Positions 13,614-25,652 of a stretch of 64,000 bases of DNA are shown here, piece by piece (position 1 is the first letter of the stretch; every line of letters starts with the position of its first letter). The notes under the pieces were generated by a model. The model worked only from the letters and a program-made list of their open reading frames with translations, was not told the DNA's origin and searched no databases. This DNA is from Vitrella brassicaformis CCMP3155 (taxonomy: Eukaryota; Protista; Chromerida), in assembly GCA_001179505.1 (NCBI GenBank), contig CDMY01000456.1:124001-188000 (forward strand), read 5' to 3'. The translations under genes were made by a program, and so were the position numbers.

Positions 13614-13915
13614 GATGTGGCATAAAGACATGAGACACTAGATAGGTTAGACAGACTGGGGGGGTGGCCTAGCCATCCAACCATTGGTGAGTTACCTTCA
13701 TCGCACCGACTGATGCGGAGGTCGCCGTAGGCGACCGAAGCGCCGCAGCCAGGCCGGTCAAACATGATGATGCATGGTGACTCGGAGGGGAGGGATGTTG
13801 CCGGCAGGCAACAGACCGATACGGAGAGTCGCCATGCATCATCATGTTTGACCGGCCTGGCTAGGCCGCCCCCCCAGTCTAACCTATCTAGTGTCTCATG
13901 TCTTTATGCCACATC
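13614..13915. repeat. Nested inverted repeat (foldback)
   Basis: 13614-13674 is the reverse complement of 13859-13915 (one 4-bp agac indel plus minor differences). 13749-13783 is the reverse complement of 13826-13860 (1 mismatch). Confidence 0.93.
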
Positions 13916-14239
13916 TCTCTATGGCTCTGCCTCTCCCTCTGCTGCGGCCGCTGCTGCTGCCGCTGCTGCTGCACCTGCTGCACCTTGATCATTGGCTTGC
14001 ACCGCTATAGCGGGCGTTGGGAGCCGTCCCCCCCGTCAGGCGGACCCCCCTCGTCTGCCGTGCCCCTCCCGCGTGCTCTCGTCGTTGTCGCCGCCAAACA
14101 GCTCGACACGTCGCCATGGCTTTTCCCGAATCACCAGCCCTCTGAATCCACACGGCGTACGCTTGCGACGGGGGTCCAGATCATCGTCCATCTGATGAGG
14201 CAGGCAGGGAGGGCATGCAAGATGCCTCACACCATCCAT

Positions 14240-15179
14240 GCCTTACCTCGATGTCCTTAACGTCGCACACGGAGTCGCCAGTGAGTGGATTGAATCGGAG
14301 GGGCTGGGCCTGACCGGCAGGCCGTCATGTTTGCCATCCCTTGCCTGCCGCGCCTCCTCCTTGGCGCGACGAAGCATCGACTGGCAAACGTACTGCAAAA
14401 GCGGACGTAAGCAGCATCAAAGGTTGCTGGGCATCGCATGTATCTACTCCGCGTGCGTGTGTGTGTGGACAGGTCGGCGAGTCCTTCAAACAAGAAGCGC
14501 CGCAGTCGAGCACATTGATGCCAGCTGTGGATGGATCGGAGACAACAAGTCGTTGCGGCTGCTCTAGGTAGGCAATGCCGCGAGAAAGACATATCATATG
14601 TATGCGGCCGCACCATTCTGGCCGATCCGATCCCTCCTTCTGTGTGGGTGTGGGTGGGTGGGTGAATGTGTATCAGTCAGTGCTTCGCGTGACGGCACCG
14701 CCTACGCCGATCTGCTGCGCTGTGTGGGCGACGCCAGCGGGTTGGTGTTTGTGGTTCGCAATGACAGGACAGCTGCCTCTTCGGCGGCTTCGCTGACGAC
14801 AACATCAGGCTGCCCCGCGACGAACGCGCCGGGCGCTTCTACTTTTGCAGTGCGTGGTTCTTCTCTCTGGAGGGCCATGGATACACGCAGACGCTGCAGG
14901 TGAGTGGGGACGGAGGGTCTTTCTGCAGGGGTGTGGTGCAGGCATTGGGGCTCCGGCTCGTGGTAGCGGGTGTCTGCTGTGCGGCGGCGATCATTGGGGC
15001 AATGACGGCCCCAGCGTGGACGTGACGTCAGTTTCTGCCGTTTGAGCCGGTGCCTGATGGGTATGCGGGTGTCTGGCATGACCTTGAGGAGGAATACTGC
15101 AAGTACTGTTGCTCATCTCGGGGGCAGCGAGTGCGTGGCTGGTGAGGTCGAGATGCTGCACGTGGTGGACATGGTGTGA
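14240..15179 (+). pseudogene. Frameshifted TLDc-like domain pseudogene
   Basis: SASRDGTAYADLLRCVGDASGLVFVVRN; removing the 5-bp duplication gacag-gacag (14763-14772) continues as DSCLFGGFADDNIRLP...SAWFFSLEGH. The next exon gives VPDGYAGV and, after a further frameshift, LGGSECVAGEVEMLHVV*. Resembles TLDc (ASRDG...VFGAF...FSL...E.EV). 5' limit uncertain. Confidence 0.6.
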
Positions 15180-15943
15180 ACATAGCACCAGCCGCTGCTC
15201 TAGATCGCTCTCTCTCTCTCTCTCTCTCTATCTTGCGAGGAAGGGAATTAGCGAATCGAACTTTCTCCAGGGAGGCATCTCTTTACCAAAGATGGACGTG
15301 CGATGCAGCCATGTCTGTGCCTCAGTGTCCATCTCAGTCAACACACACGCTCGCACTCGGTCTCTCCCGCCGTCCTCTCTTCCCTCTCGATGTGACATTG
15401 ACTCACAAAAACAGACAGCCAGGACACCATCCATGCCATGCGAGCAAGCGAGTCCAGTGGCACAGCAGACCCACACAGCCCACACAAACACACGCATTCA
15501 AAAACTGCCAGAACGGTCGGGGGGAGGGAGCACAGAGGGGGGCTGGGCTGAGAGGGGAGGTAGGGAGTGGTTGTTGATATGTGTGGTGGGTGTGTGTGTC
15601 GAAGGCAGGCGAGGCATCCATCCATCCATCCATCCATCCATGCGTTATGTGTCCCCATGAGCAGCGAGTGCGCCCAGTCAGGGGCACAAAGGGGAGCCAG
15701 TGAGCAGCCAGCCAGCCAGCCACTTACCTAAGGGGAGAGGGAGAGGGAGAGGAGGGGGAGAAAGGCAAAACCTCACTCCCTCACGCACGCACGCACAGCC
15801 AGCGACGAAAAAGAGGGAACAGAAAACAACGATGGATGCAATGCAGACACACACGCGGCGATGCAGGGAGCATGCCCTGACGGACGGCTTCACAGACCCT
15901 CACCACACACACACACACACATCCCTCCCTCCCTCGGGTGAGT

Positions 15944-16321
15944 TCACCGACCCATGGTCTTCTTGATGGCCATGAGCTGCTCGGCCTTGACGCTCGTGTT
16001 GGCCGACGAGGGAGCCGTGGACTCCGTCGAGTAGGAATGCTCCTGCTGCTCCCACACGATGCCCCACTCCGGCTTGAACCCCATCAGCTCACGCACGCGC
16101 CGCTTCAGCTGGTTCTGCCGCTTGATGGAGAGGAGGATGGTGTCCTCGCGCTCGTCATCAGACGGAGATGGACTAACACACGACCCTGCAGACACACGGA
16201 CACAAGTCGCATCGCATTGAGGACATCTCCGCGTTGCAGTGCACATCACAGAGCACGTGTGCGTACCGATGGAGGCCTGGAGCTTGGCCTTGGCCATGAA
16301 GAGGCTCTCAGCAGTCGACAT
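15944..16321 (-). CDS. Small hypothetical protein (about 100 aa), 2 exons
   Basis: MSTAESLFMAKAKLQASI|GSCVSPSPSDDEREDTILLSIKRQNQLKRRVRELMGFKPEWGIVWEQ...; GT-AG intron and coding-like composition. Confidence 0.55.
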   Translation of the reverse strand: MSTAESLFMAKAKLQASIGTHTCSVMCTATRRCPQCDATCVRVSAGSCVSPSPSDDEREDTILLSIKRQNQLKRRVRELMGFKPEWGIVWEQQEHSYSTESTAPSSANTSVKAEQLMAIKKTMGR

Positions 16322-16636
16322 TGTCCGATAAGATGGCGAATAGTCAACGAGAAACGCAGGAACGACGGCTATCGAAAACGATGGGACAGCGACCGATTTG
16401 GCCCGCTTGTTTGGCCAGAGAAGTTGGCCAGCATCAGATACAGCCACACAGAATCTTGGTCATGATAAATGCCACTCTCTCTGTGTGTTCATTTCCCGTG
16501 GTGCAATGTCCATCTTTATACGTCTGCATGACAGCCATGCATATGTCCGGTCCCTCTGCTATTCACCATACATATATCCTGCCCCAGTCCTCACTGCCGG
16601 CCGCAAGCTCTCATATATTCTCTCGCACCGACTGAC

Positions 16637-19600
16637 TCAGTCCTTTTTCGGTTGGTCACGACTGCGCATCGCCACTTGCTCACACCTGCACACAGCGCCA
16701 CACACACAGGCATCCGCAGACACACACCCGAATGCACAACCGACCGACCGACCAACAGGATGCATCGGATGCCTTTTTGTGTGTCGGGATGCCTGGTTGC
16801 TTGCCTGTATTGAATGTCCTCGAGGCACCATTGCTGCCGCGATGAGCTGCCGTCCAGGATGCGCATCTGACCACATACCCAAGCAAAGCAGAGAGAGATT
16901 GAAACGTCCAGCTGACACCTGGTGCTTGATTGCTGCCGACGATAGCCTGTCGTGCCAAACGTACCTTTGCGTCGCGTTTCATGGCGTCCGACAGGATGGC
17001 CGGGGGGATCTGACCCAGACCACCTGCAAGAACACACTAGGTACGCGATGGGCGGGCGGAGATCGCACTCGTCTATCTAGATAGACTGACCTTCTATCCA
17101 GGGAGCGCTCTCCTGCTTGAACGCCTTGACGACCTGAAACACAGCCTCCTGCAATCAATCAGCACACACAGCACAAACATATAGATGGATGGATGGATGG
17201 ATGGACGCACACAGAGACAAAGGTGAGTGTGGCAGAGTCACGAACCGACCGATGTGTTATCGAGGACGAAGGCTGGCGGGACGGTGACCATCAGCCGAAA
17301 CAGCTCAGCCACAAACGACGGCAGGAACTGACACACACGCACACACGTACACACACGTACACATACGCACACAGAGGCAAACCACCGAGAGCACACCACC
17401 AAGACAGCCCCCTCCCCCTCTCCCCTCCCACCCACCCCAACTTACACAGACGAGGTACGGCCTGACCGCCTCTCCCAGCGCCTGTTTCTCCGCCTCGTCA
17501 GCACCCCTGTGGCTGTGGCTGTGGCTTCTGGCCTCTGGCCTTTCCTCCCCTGGCTCAGGCTCGGCCTCAGCCTCAGTTTCTTCCCTCTCGTCGTCCATCG
17601 CATTCGCATACCCGAAGCCGCCCATCTGCCGGCCCAGAGAGAGGGGGGCGGCTGCATGGGGGGTGGCGCTGCTGCCGGCGGATCGGGCGGTGGCGTTGGT
17701 GAGGCAGACGAGCATAAGGACGGCCCGGAAGACGCTGTCGTTGGCGGACCTCTCGCGGACCCTGATGCACTGCAGGGACACCTCTAAAGCCTGAGGGACA
17801 GGAAAGCCGTCTTATCGTGTGTCGTTGTGTGTGGGTGTCTACATATTGCGTGTCGGGTGCCTGCGATGCGATGGGTACCACTGGGAGGTTGGCCGACTTG
17901 GCAATGACGGATGGGCAGAAGGTGGTGTACCGGCAGAACATGCCGTAGCAGTCCTCAACCAAATGGCTGAGGCCAGACAGACACTCCGCCTGCAGATTTC
18001 AGCCATCCATCAAGCAGACACACACACCATGAATGACCTTCGGCTTCTGTTCCTTTCCACTCCCCCGGCGGACTGACTTACCCGCTGCTCGTCGGTCGTC
18101 CTCTTGGCGAGTCTTTCCCTCAGCGTCGTCAATGCTCGACCGCTCAGCTCGTCAAACAACGGCTGATGGATGGATGGCACGCACGAGTCAGTGGATGACC
18201 GCACCGCATGGTGTGTGGGTGGTTGTCTCTCTACTGGTTGCCTGCCTTGTGGATGACCTACCTGCAGCATGGGCAACACATGTGGGTCTCTGCAGAACTC
18301 CATGGCGATGTACTCGGCCGCGTACAGATAAGGCGAGTGGAAATGGACCTGATGGATGGATGCAGGGTGAAAGCGACAGACACACGTGAGTCACGGGCTG
18401 CCCATGAGAGAGAGGAGCGCAAGTGTGTCGGTGTGTTTGTTTGTGTAGGTGGGTGTGGTGTACCTACCTGGAATCCCTGTCGGATGAGAGGGAAGAACTC
18501 GGGCAGGATGGGCTTGAAGCGGTCACCCGTGCACCTCAGGGCATGTTTCATCACACGACAACACCTCTCCACCACCATCTCACAACCCTACAATCACACC
18601 ACACACACACACACACACACATGTCTGCGCGACCCTCTCTCCATTCTCCCCCTCCCTCCCTTGTGACACCTGGTGCTGCACGAGGCTGTGTTTGACCAGC
18701 GGCCACACCCCATTGCCCACAAGCAGTGCACACGCCTCGCTGCGAGCAGTGCCCTTGACGGGCTTCAGCACCCCCAGCACCGTAGAGCACCGGTCCAGCA
18801 GCATCGCCAACACGCGCGGCGGCCCGAGGCTGCCCTGCTGCTGCTGCTGGGGCGAGTGTGCAGCGGACAGCTGGGTGATGATGGGCTTGCAGAGTGAGTC
18901 GAGGACCTGCACGAAGCGCTGGTCCTGAGGAATGGCGAGGATCACGTGGGTCGCCCCGTCCAACAGGTACTCGTACTCCTGATGGACGGAAGGACCAACC
19001 GACCAATGCAATGCAATGCACACACAGAGAGGAGGGGTGAGAGCAGCAACCCACATCGGCTGAGGTACGTTTGCCCACCTCTTCTGGGAGGCTTTGGGAC
19101 GTTGACGTGCACACTGACCAACACACACACACACACACACACACGAGACACAATACAACACAAGTCGACGAACCCCACGGCTGTCTCGCCCCCTCGCCCA
19201 CCACCCACCCTGCACGAGTGCCTCGGCCAGGCCCTCCAGCGCCCCCGCATTGCTCGTACACACCTCGCGCAGCGCCCTGGCAGCCTTGAGCCTCAAACGC
19301 CCGACCATCTCCCCCAGACCACCAGACCCACCCACACCCACACCCCTCTGCCCGCTGTCCCCGCCACCGAAGGCAAACGTATGAGTGCCATTGGGGGCCG
19401 CCTGCTCGCTGCCGAAGGGATTGACGGCGCCGCCCTGTGTTTGGGCGCTCGTGGTCGTGTCTTCGTCCTGCAATAGGACGGCGGATTGGTCCACCTGGTT
19501 GGCGAGCAGCTGGTAGGTGAGCATCTCGAGCACGGTGCGGATGAAGGCCGTTCTGAGGTGCAGAACGTGGGCCATCGCACCCAGGAGGTCCACCGCTGCC

Positions 19601-22180
19601 GTCCGGTTCGCGCAATTCATCGCGTCCTGACACAGAGCACCCACAGCCGTGAGTGACATCGATCGAGGCCATTGTCCCTTTCTCATCTCTGTCCCTTGGC
19701 GAACCGACCGCAGGAGGCGCGTTGGTGAGCAGCTCGGGCAGTGACTGTGCCAGCTGCCACATCGTCCCGCTGCCGTCGAATATCTCGTCGGGATCGGCGG
19801 CCGCACCGCCCCCACCCCCACAACCACCCTTGCGACCCAGGTGGTGGTACTCCCGCACTGCCGGACAGAGCAGCGACAGGTGGGCCTCCTGCTGATGCGC
19901 TGCTGCCTCTGCCGTGGCTGCCGTCCGCATGCCACTCAGCAGCCGGTTGGTCACGGTGCGCAGCGGCAGCACGCGCAGAATGTCGCTGTAGAGGGAAATG
20001 ACGCGCTGACGAAAGCTGCAGAGAGGGAGGGAGGGGGGGAGGGGGGGAGAGGGTATATGTGCGTGTGTGTTAGGGGAAGGATTATTGGTGGTTTGCTCAC
20101 TCTGCAAAGTCTCCGTTGATAGTGGAGATGTCCGTTCCAGTGGGGTAGCGAATCTGCTGCAGACAGACGTCCACCAGCTGGACGAGGATGCCGTGGAAGG
20201 CGCCCAGCTCGTCCTCTATAGACTTGTCACCTGGTTTGTCATCCACACACACACACGCAGACGTCAGTTACGCAGCACTTGAGACTTTCGTGACCCTCGT
20301 GTCACTCACTCGGCCTTGCAAACCGCTTGGCGAGGATGCGACAGAGCCTGCTCCAGAAGGGAAATGTCTCTTGGCACACATCTGGGAGTGCCCGAGACAC
20401 CAGACAGACACAGCATCCATCCATCCATCCATTGTGGCGTGTGTGGCTTCCCACCCCCCCCCAGTTGCCCACCCCGGTGTGTGGGATGTCCGTAGGGAAT
20501 GGCCGCCGCCCGGTAGAGCAGCTCCAGCAGCGTGCGGCACTCCTCCGCCGTGTCCACACGACCTATCAGCAAGTCAATCGTACTCAGGCCTGCACACACA
20601 CAGATGATACACCGTCTGTCTGTCTGTCTGCAGTCAGTCCTCATTTGCCCGACCGACCGAGAGCCACGAAGACTTGTATCAGCTGCCGTAACGTCTCCTC
20701 ACTGTCGGCCACAGAGGCCGCCGCCTTGGTGAACCTGAACCGATCATTAACACCACACCCACAGATCTGTCGGTGGAATCGCACCGACCAACAGACTGAC
20801 TGACTTGTTTTTGAGCGGCCCGACCGCCTGCCTGTAGGCGACGGCGAAGACCTGCTGCGCCCCACTGGCGTCGTCGGGCAGGCCGTTGGCTGCTGCGTGT
20901 GCATGCTGGCGGTCTGCATTCTCCTGCTCTTCTTCATCTTGGCACTGCGCCGCTGCGTCGGCCGTCATGTCGAGGATCTCCACCAAACTGTCGGCCGCCA
21001 CATCGCCCAAGGTGTCGTCACCTATCGCCTGCACACGCACACACACACACACACACACACAGAGCAATCAGATGGTGTGTGGTTGTATTGTGCGGTTGTG
21101 TGACGTAGATAGAGTGACCTGGAAGCAGTCAGCGAAGAGGACGCTGCGTGCGATCTCTGCGGGCGGGAAGTCGGTGAAGACCAGCCAGCTCCGCCAGCAC
21201 TCGAGCACCTTCTGTGTCGCATGCCTGGAGGTCGCCAGCTGACGGGCCTCCAGCAGGAACCGATGAACCTGACCAAACAAAACGGCAGGCGGTGAGTGTT
21301 GGGTAGCCTGCTGTCTCTCTCCCTTTGTCTTACACTACCTGCTGTTTGGCCTGCTTCAGGAACGCCCTCTGGTGCCTCCTGTTGTCGGTGTCGGCCAGCA
21401 CTTTGCGGTTCTGATTCTCCTCAGGCAACACCTGCATCGCATCCACACATTCATTCACACATCGATGGCCATGTTTGTCACTCTATCTACTCTGACGTCT
21501 GCTGCCATGTCGGTGGCTGAGCTCGGCTCGGCTCACCCTGAAGACTTCCAGGAGCAGCTCGAGGCACTGGTGTGACTGACCGAACCGCTCCAGCATGGTG
21601 GCTATCGGGTCGGGCCACCCACCCCCCATCTGCAGCGACAGGTCGGCCACCGCCAAGGACAGCTGAGTCAAAATCGCAGACGGACTGGCCCAGAAAACAC
21701 AACACACGACAGACAGAAAGCGTGAAGTGAACCTTTTGGTTGCCTCTCTGGCTGAGCTGACGTAGGTACCCCAATTTGAAGCGGTCCAGGTGGTCTAGGA
21801 GTGAGTTGCGCAGTGCCGTGTGCTCGGCTGGAGGCAGCTCGTGAAAGTCGAACTGGATCTTGGTGCGGAAAGTCTGCGCACCGAAGTAATACACCTGCAC
21901 ACACACACACACACACACACTCGACGTGCTTGAGGACTCAGCCGCCGTACCTCAGTGGCTGCATTCGGCAAGGAGAGCAGCCCGTTAGATGCCTGCCACG
22001 CAGGAGGGCTCTGCTGCCATCGCTTGAGCCACTCATCCCTGACAGAAAAGCAGACCATTGATTCTCCATACATGCACTGCAGCTGTGGTCTCATCTTTGT
22101 CAGTTTGCTTACGCCTGCCTCTTGGCTGCCGGTTCTGTGTTGTGGAACAGCACCGTCAGCGCCTGCACGACCTCTTCCAT
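16637..22180 (-). CDS. TNPO3: Transportin-3 / transportin-SR (MTR10-like importin-beta family)
   Basis: MEEVVQALTVLFH...A|DEWLKRWQQSPPAWQASNGLL...|YYFGAQTFRTKIQFDFHELP...LRNSLLDHL...AILTQLSLAVADLSLQM...WPDPI; VLECWRSWL; DHPDEIFD-like motif (ADPDEIFD). Exons followed to ...CEQVAMRSRDQPKKD*. Confidence 0.88.
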
Positions 22181-22370
22181 CCCGCCTGTGAGTCACTCGC
22201 GACAGCAGCAGATCAGCACTTGTCCTCTCCTTGCCAGATCTTCATCAGGACTGGATGCTCTTTTGGCTGAACCATCTTTGAACCATGTCTGTGCCCTTTT
22301 CGTGGAGATCTTCATCATGCAAGCTCGCGTTTGAGATCGCAGACGCCCTCTCCCTTGTCACATGGTGAAT

Positions 22371-24093
22371 ATGTGCGACAGTGCCGCCAAAGGAGATGAT
22401 GACGGCCCATGCGGCAGCAACGGATGCCAGGCAATATCCAGATCCGACAATCAGCGCGACCATTCCTCGTCTGCCTCCCCCCTCTGTTACAGATGCAAGG
22501 AGCGGCGAGCGGTAGTCAGGACGAGAGATAAGGCGTGCAGCGATTGCTTCTCACACGAGCTGGAGCGGTCCTTCCGCAGCGCTCTGCGCATCGATTGCGG
22601 CGTCAGCAAGGGCACCGAGGTGATTGTCGGCCTGTCAGGGGGGATGGGCTCGACCACCCTGCTGCATCTGATGCTCAAGGCGAGCACGGCATCGGCCGCA
22701 GGGCGGCGGACCTCTTTCTCTATTCACTCTGTCGTCTATGTCAACCAGCGTGTGCTGCTGCCCTCTCGGTGTGCCGCACTGGGGGTGTCGGCGAGGGAGG
22801 CGGAGAGCGAGCTGAGGGCGTTCGTGGAAGGGAAAGGGCTGACGTTCGCTGCGGTTGATGCGGGAAGCTCCGTGGGTTTTGATGGTGGTGGTGGCGGTGG
22901 CGAGCAGCAGCCGTCCCTGGCCGAGCTGATGGACGATCTCTCGCAGCAAGACGTCAGCGCAGCAGAGGAGATGATGGAGATCATTCGGTGAGGAGAATGA
23001 AGGGAACGAATCATGTGGCTGAGCTGACAATGGTGGTGGTGGTGGCGGTGGATGATGGATGCATTGTGTGTGGCTGGGTGTGGCGTCTGTAATGTATCTA
23101 TCGTGTCTGTCTGTCAGGCACCGTGATATGTGTTGGTACGGCAGCCGCTGTGGTGTGTCCAAGGTCGTCTTGGGCACGTGTGCGGACCAGATGGCCAAGC
23201 GGACTCTCACACTCACCTGCAGGGGAGGGGGAGCCTCGCTGCCGCTCGTCGCTGGAGCCACAGACAATAGGTCAGGCAGTCAGACAGCGATAGATACCAC
23301 ACACACCACGTACAGCACTCACTAATTTATGGCGCTTGTCATACTGGGTCAGGTTCGCCCCGTGTGGTCCGTCATTTGTCCGTCCGCTGAAGGGTCTGTC
23401 TGCCAAGGAGGTGTGCATCTACCACCACCTCTGCCACATGCCCACCTTCTCCAAGAACCCCTTCTTCTTCGACCCGCCCGAGAGTGCCGCCCAGCCTCCA
23501 GGAGGGCTCAACAACCTTTGCGGGTCGTTCCTGCAGTCGCTGCAGGCGTCCTTTCCCTCGACAGTGCCGATTGTCAATAAGACGGCGCAGAAGCTAAGAC
23601 TCGTGAGGCATGACGGTGACGACGACTACGAGCCTGATGAACATGTGGCGGCCCAGCAAGGACAGCCGCTGGGTAGGGTAGGCACTGGAGTGATGGGGCT
23701 ATGTTGTGGTCGGGCATCTGATATATCAGTCACTTGTCGTGTGTCTGTGTCTGTCTGTCTACTGTGTGTGCGGTGCAGGCCGGTGTTTGCTGTGCTTCGG
23801 TGTGCGCGAGAGCGACCGTGCGAAAGACCGGATATGCAGATGGAGCCACAAGCAGCAGCAGGTACGCCAAATCACACCACACCAACAGGCAGGATGATAA
23901 ATGACTGACGTGGTGTGAATGAAGTGAATGTGATGTGCAGGTCTTGTCGCTGTTGGACGGTGGTCTGCGCGACTGTCTGTGTCACTCATGTCTGCGGCTG
24001 GTGTCCACCTGTACAGCAGCTGCCAAGCTGGCCTCTCTGATCACACGCAGACAGCCACTCGCCAGCACTACAGAGGCAGCAAGCAGAGGATGA
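22371..24093 (+). CDS. CTU2: Cytoplasmic tRNA 2-thiolation protein 2 (CTU2/NCS2)
   Basis: CxxC...CxxCF zinc motifs, degenerate PP-loop GLSGGMGST, FVRPLKGLSAKEVCIYHHL, LQSLQASFPSTVPIVNKTAQKL, and C-terminal CLLC...LCHSC. Confidence 0.88.
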
Positions 24094-24499
24094 TGCTTCG
24101 AGTTGATTGACGACTGAGTGACTGAGTGAATGGGTGTGTTGATCGATGCTCAGCTGACTGCTGTGTGGATAAAAATGTGTGTGTGTGTGTGTGTGTGTGG
24201 GTGGAGTCATCAATGGCCTGCCTGAAAGCTAGCTACAGGTGCAGCGCTTGATCAACAAACGCAATGGTTGACGATACGGGTGACGGTGACAGTGTGTGCG
24301 ACGGTGCAAGGCAGACACCCAGCGCTGCCTGTCACCGAAAAGCATACCGTGTCTGTGTCAAGCGTGCGGGCACACGCATGCAGGCAAAAATCACGCCGGC
24401 AGTGCATAGCATACTCGTCTCACTCTCAGCATCTCACCAGATAGATCTGTACAGTACACACGTACGCCACGTCGCGCCGCCCATCCATCCATCACTCCA

Positions 24500-25534
24500 T
24501 CACTCCTGTTCCACGAAGATGGCAAGTTCGAGCGGCTCCTCATGGTGGTTGTGCTGCTGCGCCGGAGTGGCGAAGGAGTAGCACTTGTCCCACCATTTGT
24601 GCCTCTTCTCCTGGTAGGTGAGGTGGGCCGCCCTCCCGCTGGTCGACGGCATCAGGCACAGGTCCACCTCCCTCTCCTCCACACCCACACCCTCCCCCTC
24701 GCCCTCCTTGACGGCGCCCTCCTCCCTTTTCTCCTCTTGCTTCGTCTTGCGCCGCTTCTTGGTGAATTCCTTCTCTGTGGCATCGCAGCCGTAGGTGAAG
24801 GTCCACCCTTGGCGGCGCTTGGTCTCCATCCACCCGCCGAAGTGCTCTCGGAACTTCTGCATGGACATTGTGCCGTTGAAGAGCACTCGGCGGATGGATG
24901 GGTTGTCTTGAATGATGTCGCGCAGGTGGAGGTTGGGGACATCCTTGCGGATGGACGCGTCGCTCGAGTCGTTGTCGCAGACACACGACGCCACGACATC
25001 CCACAACGCAAAACCTGCACACACACACACAGACACACAGACATGTACACCACACACACAGATATCGAGAATGCAGTGAGTGAGTGAGTGCAGATCAGTT
25101 GGTGACGTCACGTGCCGTGACTGACCGTACCTACCGTGTTGTGGGAGTCGGTCCCGCTTCTCCGCGTAGCTCAGGGCCTTGGCGTCGGTGCCCTCGGGAT
25201 ACAGCCAACTCACTGCAATGCGCCAGAAGCTTCACTCACGGCATGGCACAGACGGACACAAATGGACGTCACTCACGTGAGGTCATGCCATGCAGTGCAG
25301 CATTCATTCATTCAGCACTCACCTGTTGGTCGGGTTGCCGTAGAACTGCTGCTTCTCGCGCGACTTGGTTGAGGGGAAGGAGCCGAGGATGAGGGTGTGG
25401 GGGTTGTCGCCGACGACGGGGTTGCAGGGGTGCTGCAGCAGCTCGTCTCCGCCATCCTGCTGCTCCTCCTCCTCCTCCTCCTCCTCCTTGACCTCCTCCT
25501 TCACTCGCTTCCTGTGCTCCCCTTCAGCCATCAT
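24500..25534 (-). CDS. Uracil-DNA glycosylase superfamily protein, family 6 / hypoxanthine (deoxyinosine) DNA glycosylase-like, 3 exons
   Basis: LILGSFPSTKSREKQQFYGNPTN|RFW, ALWDVVASC...SSDASI, VLFNG, MPSTSG, EKRHKW; acidic N-terminus and a KKRRKTK basic patch. Confidence 0.82.
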
Positions 25535-25652
25535 CTGCCTGCAGTGGTTGCAGCTTTCGCAGGGCGTCTGATTCGGATCTCGAGTTGGGGTCTAGCCACG
25601 AAACGAACAGAACTGCTTCGGGAGAGTCTGCGACTATTTGGTCTGCGACGTG

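Noticed and set aside
12411-13638. Minus-strand ORFs with faint Ulp1-like protease spacing (LMLAP...H..LL...LVWTD)
   Set aside because: No convincing catalytic Gln/Cys motif and the frames are broken. Too weak to call without an HMM search.
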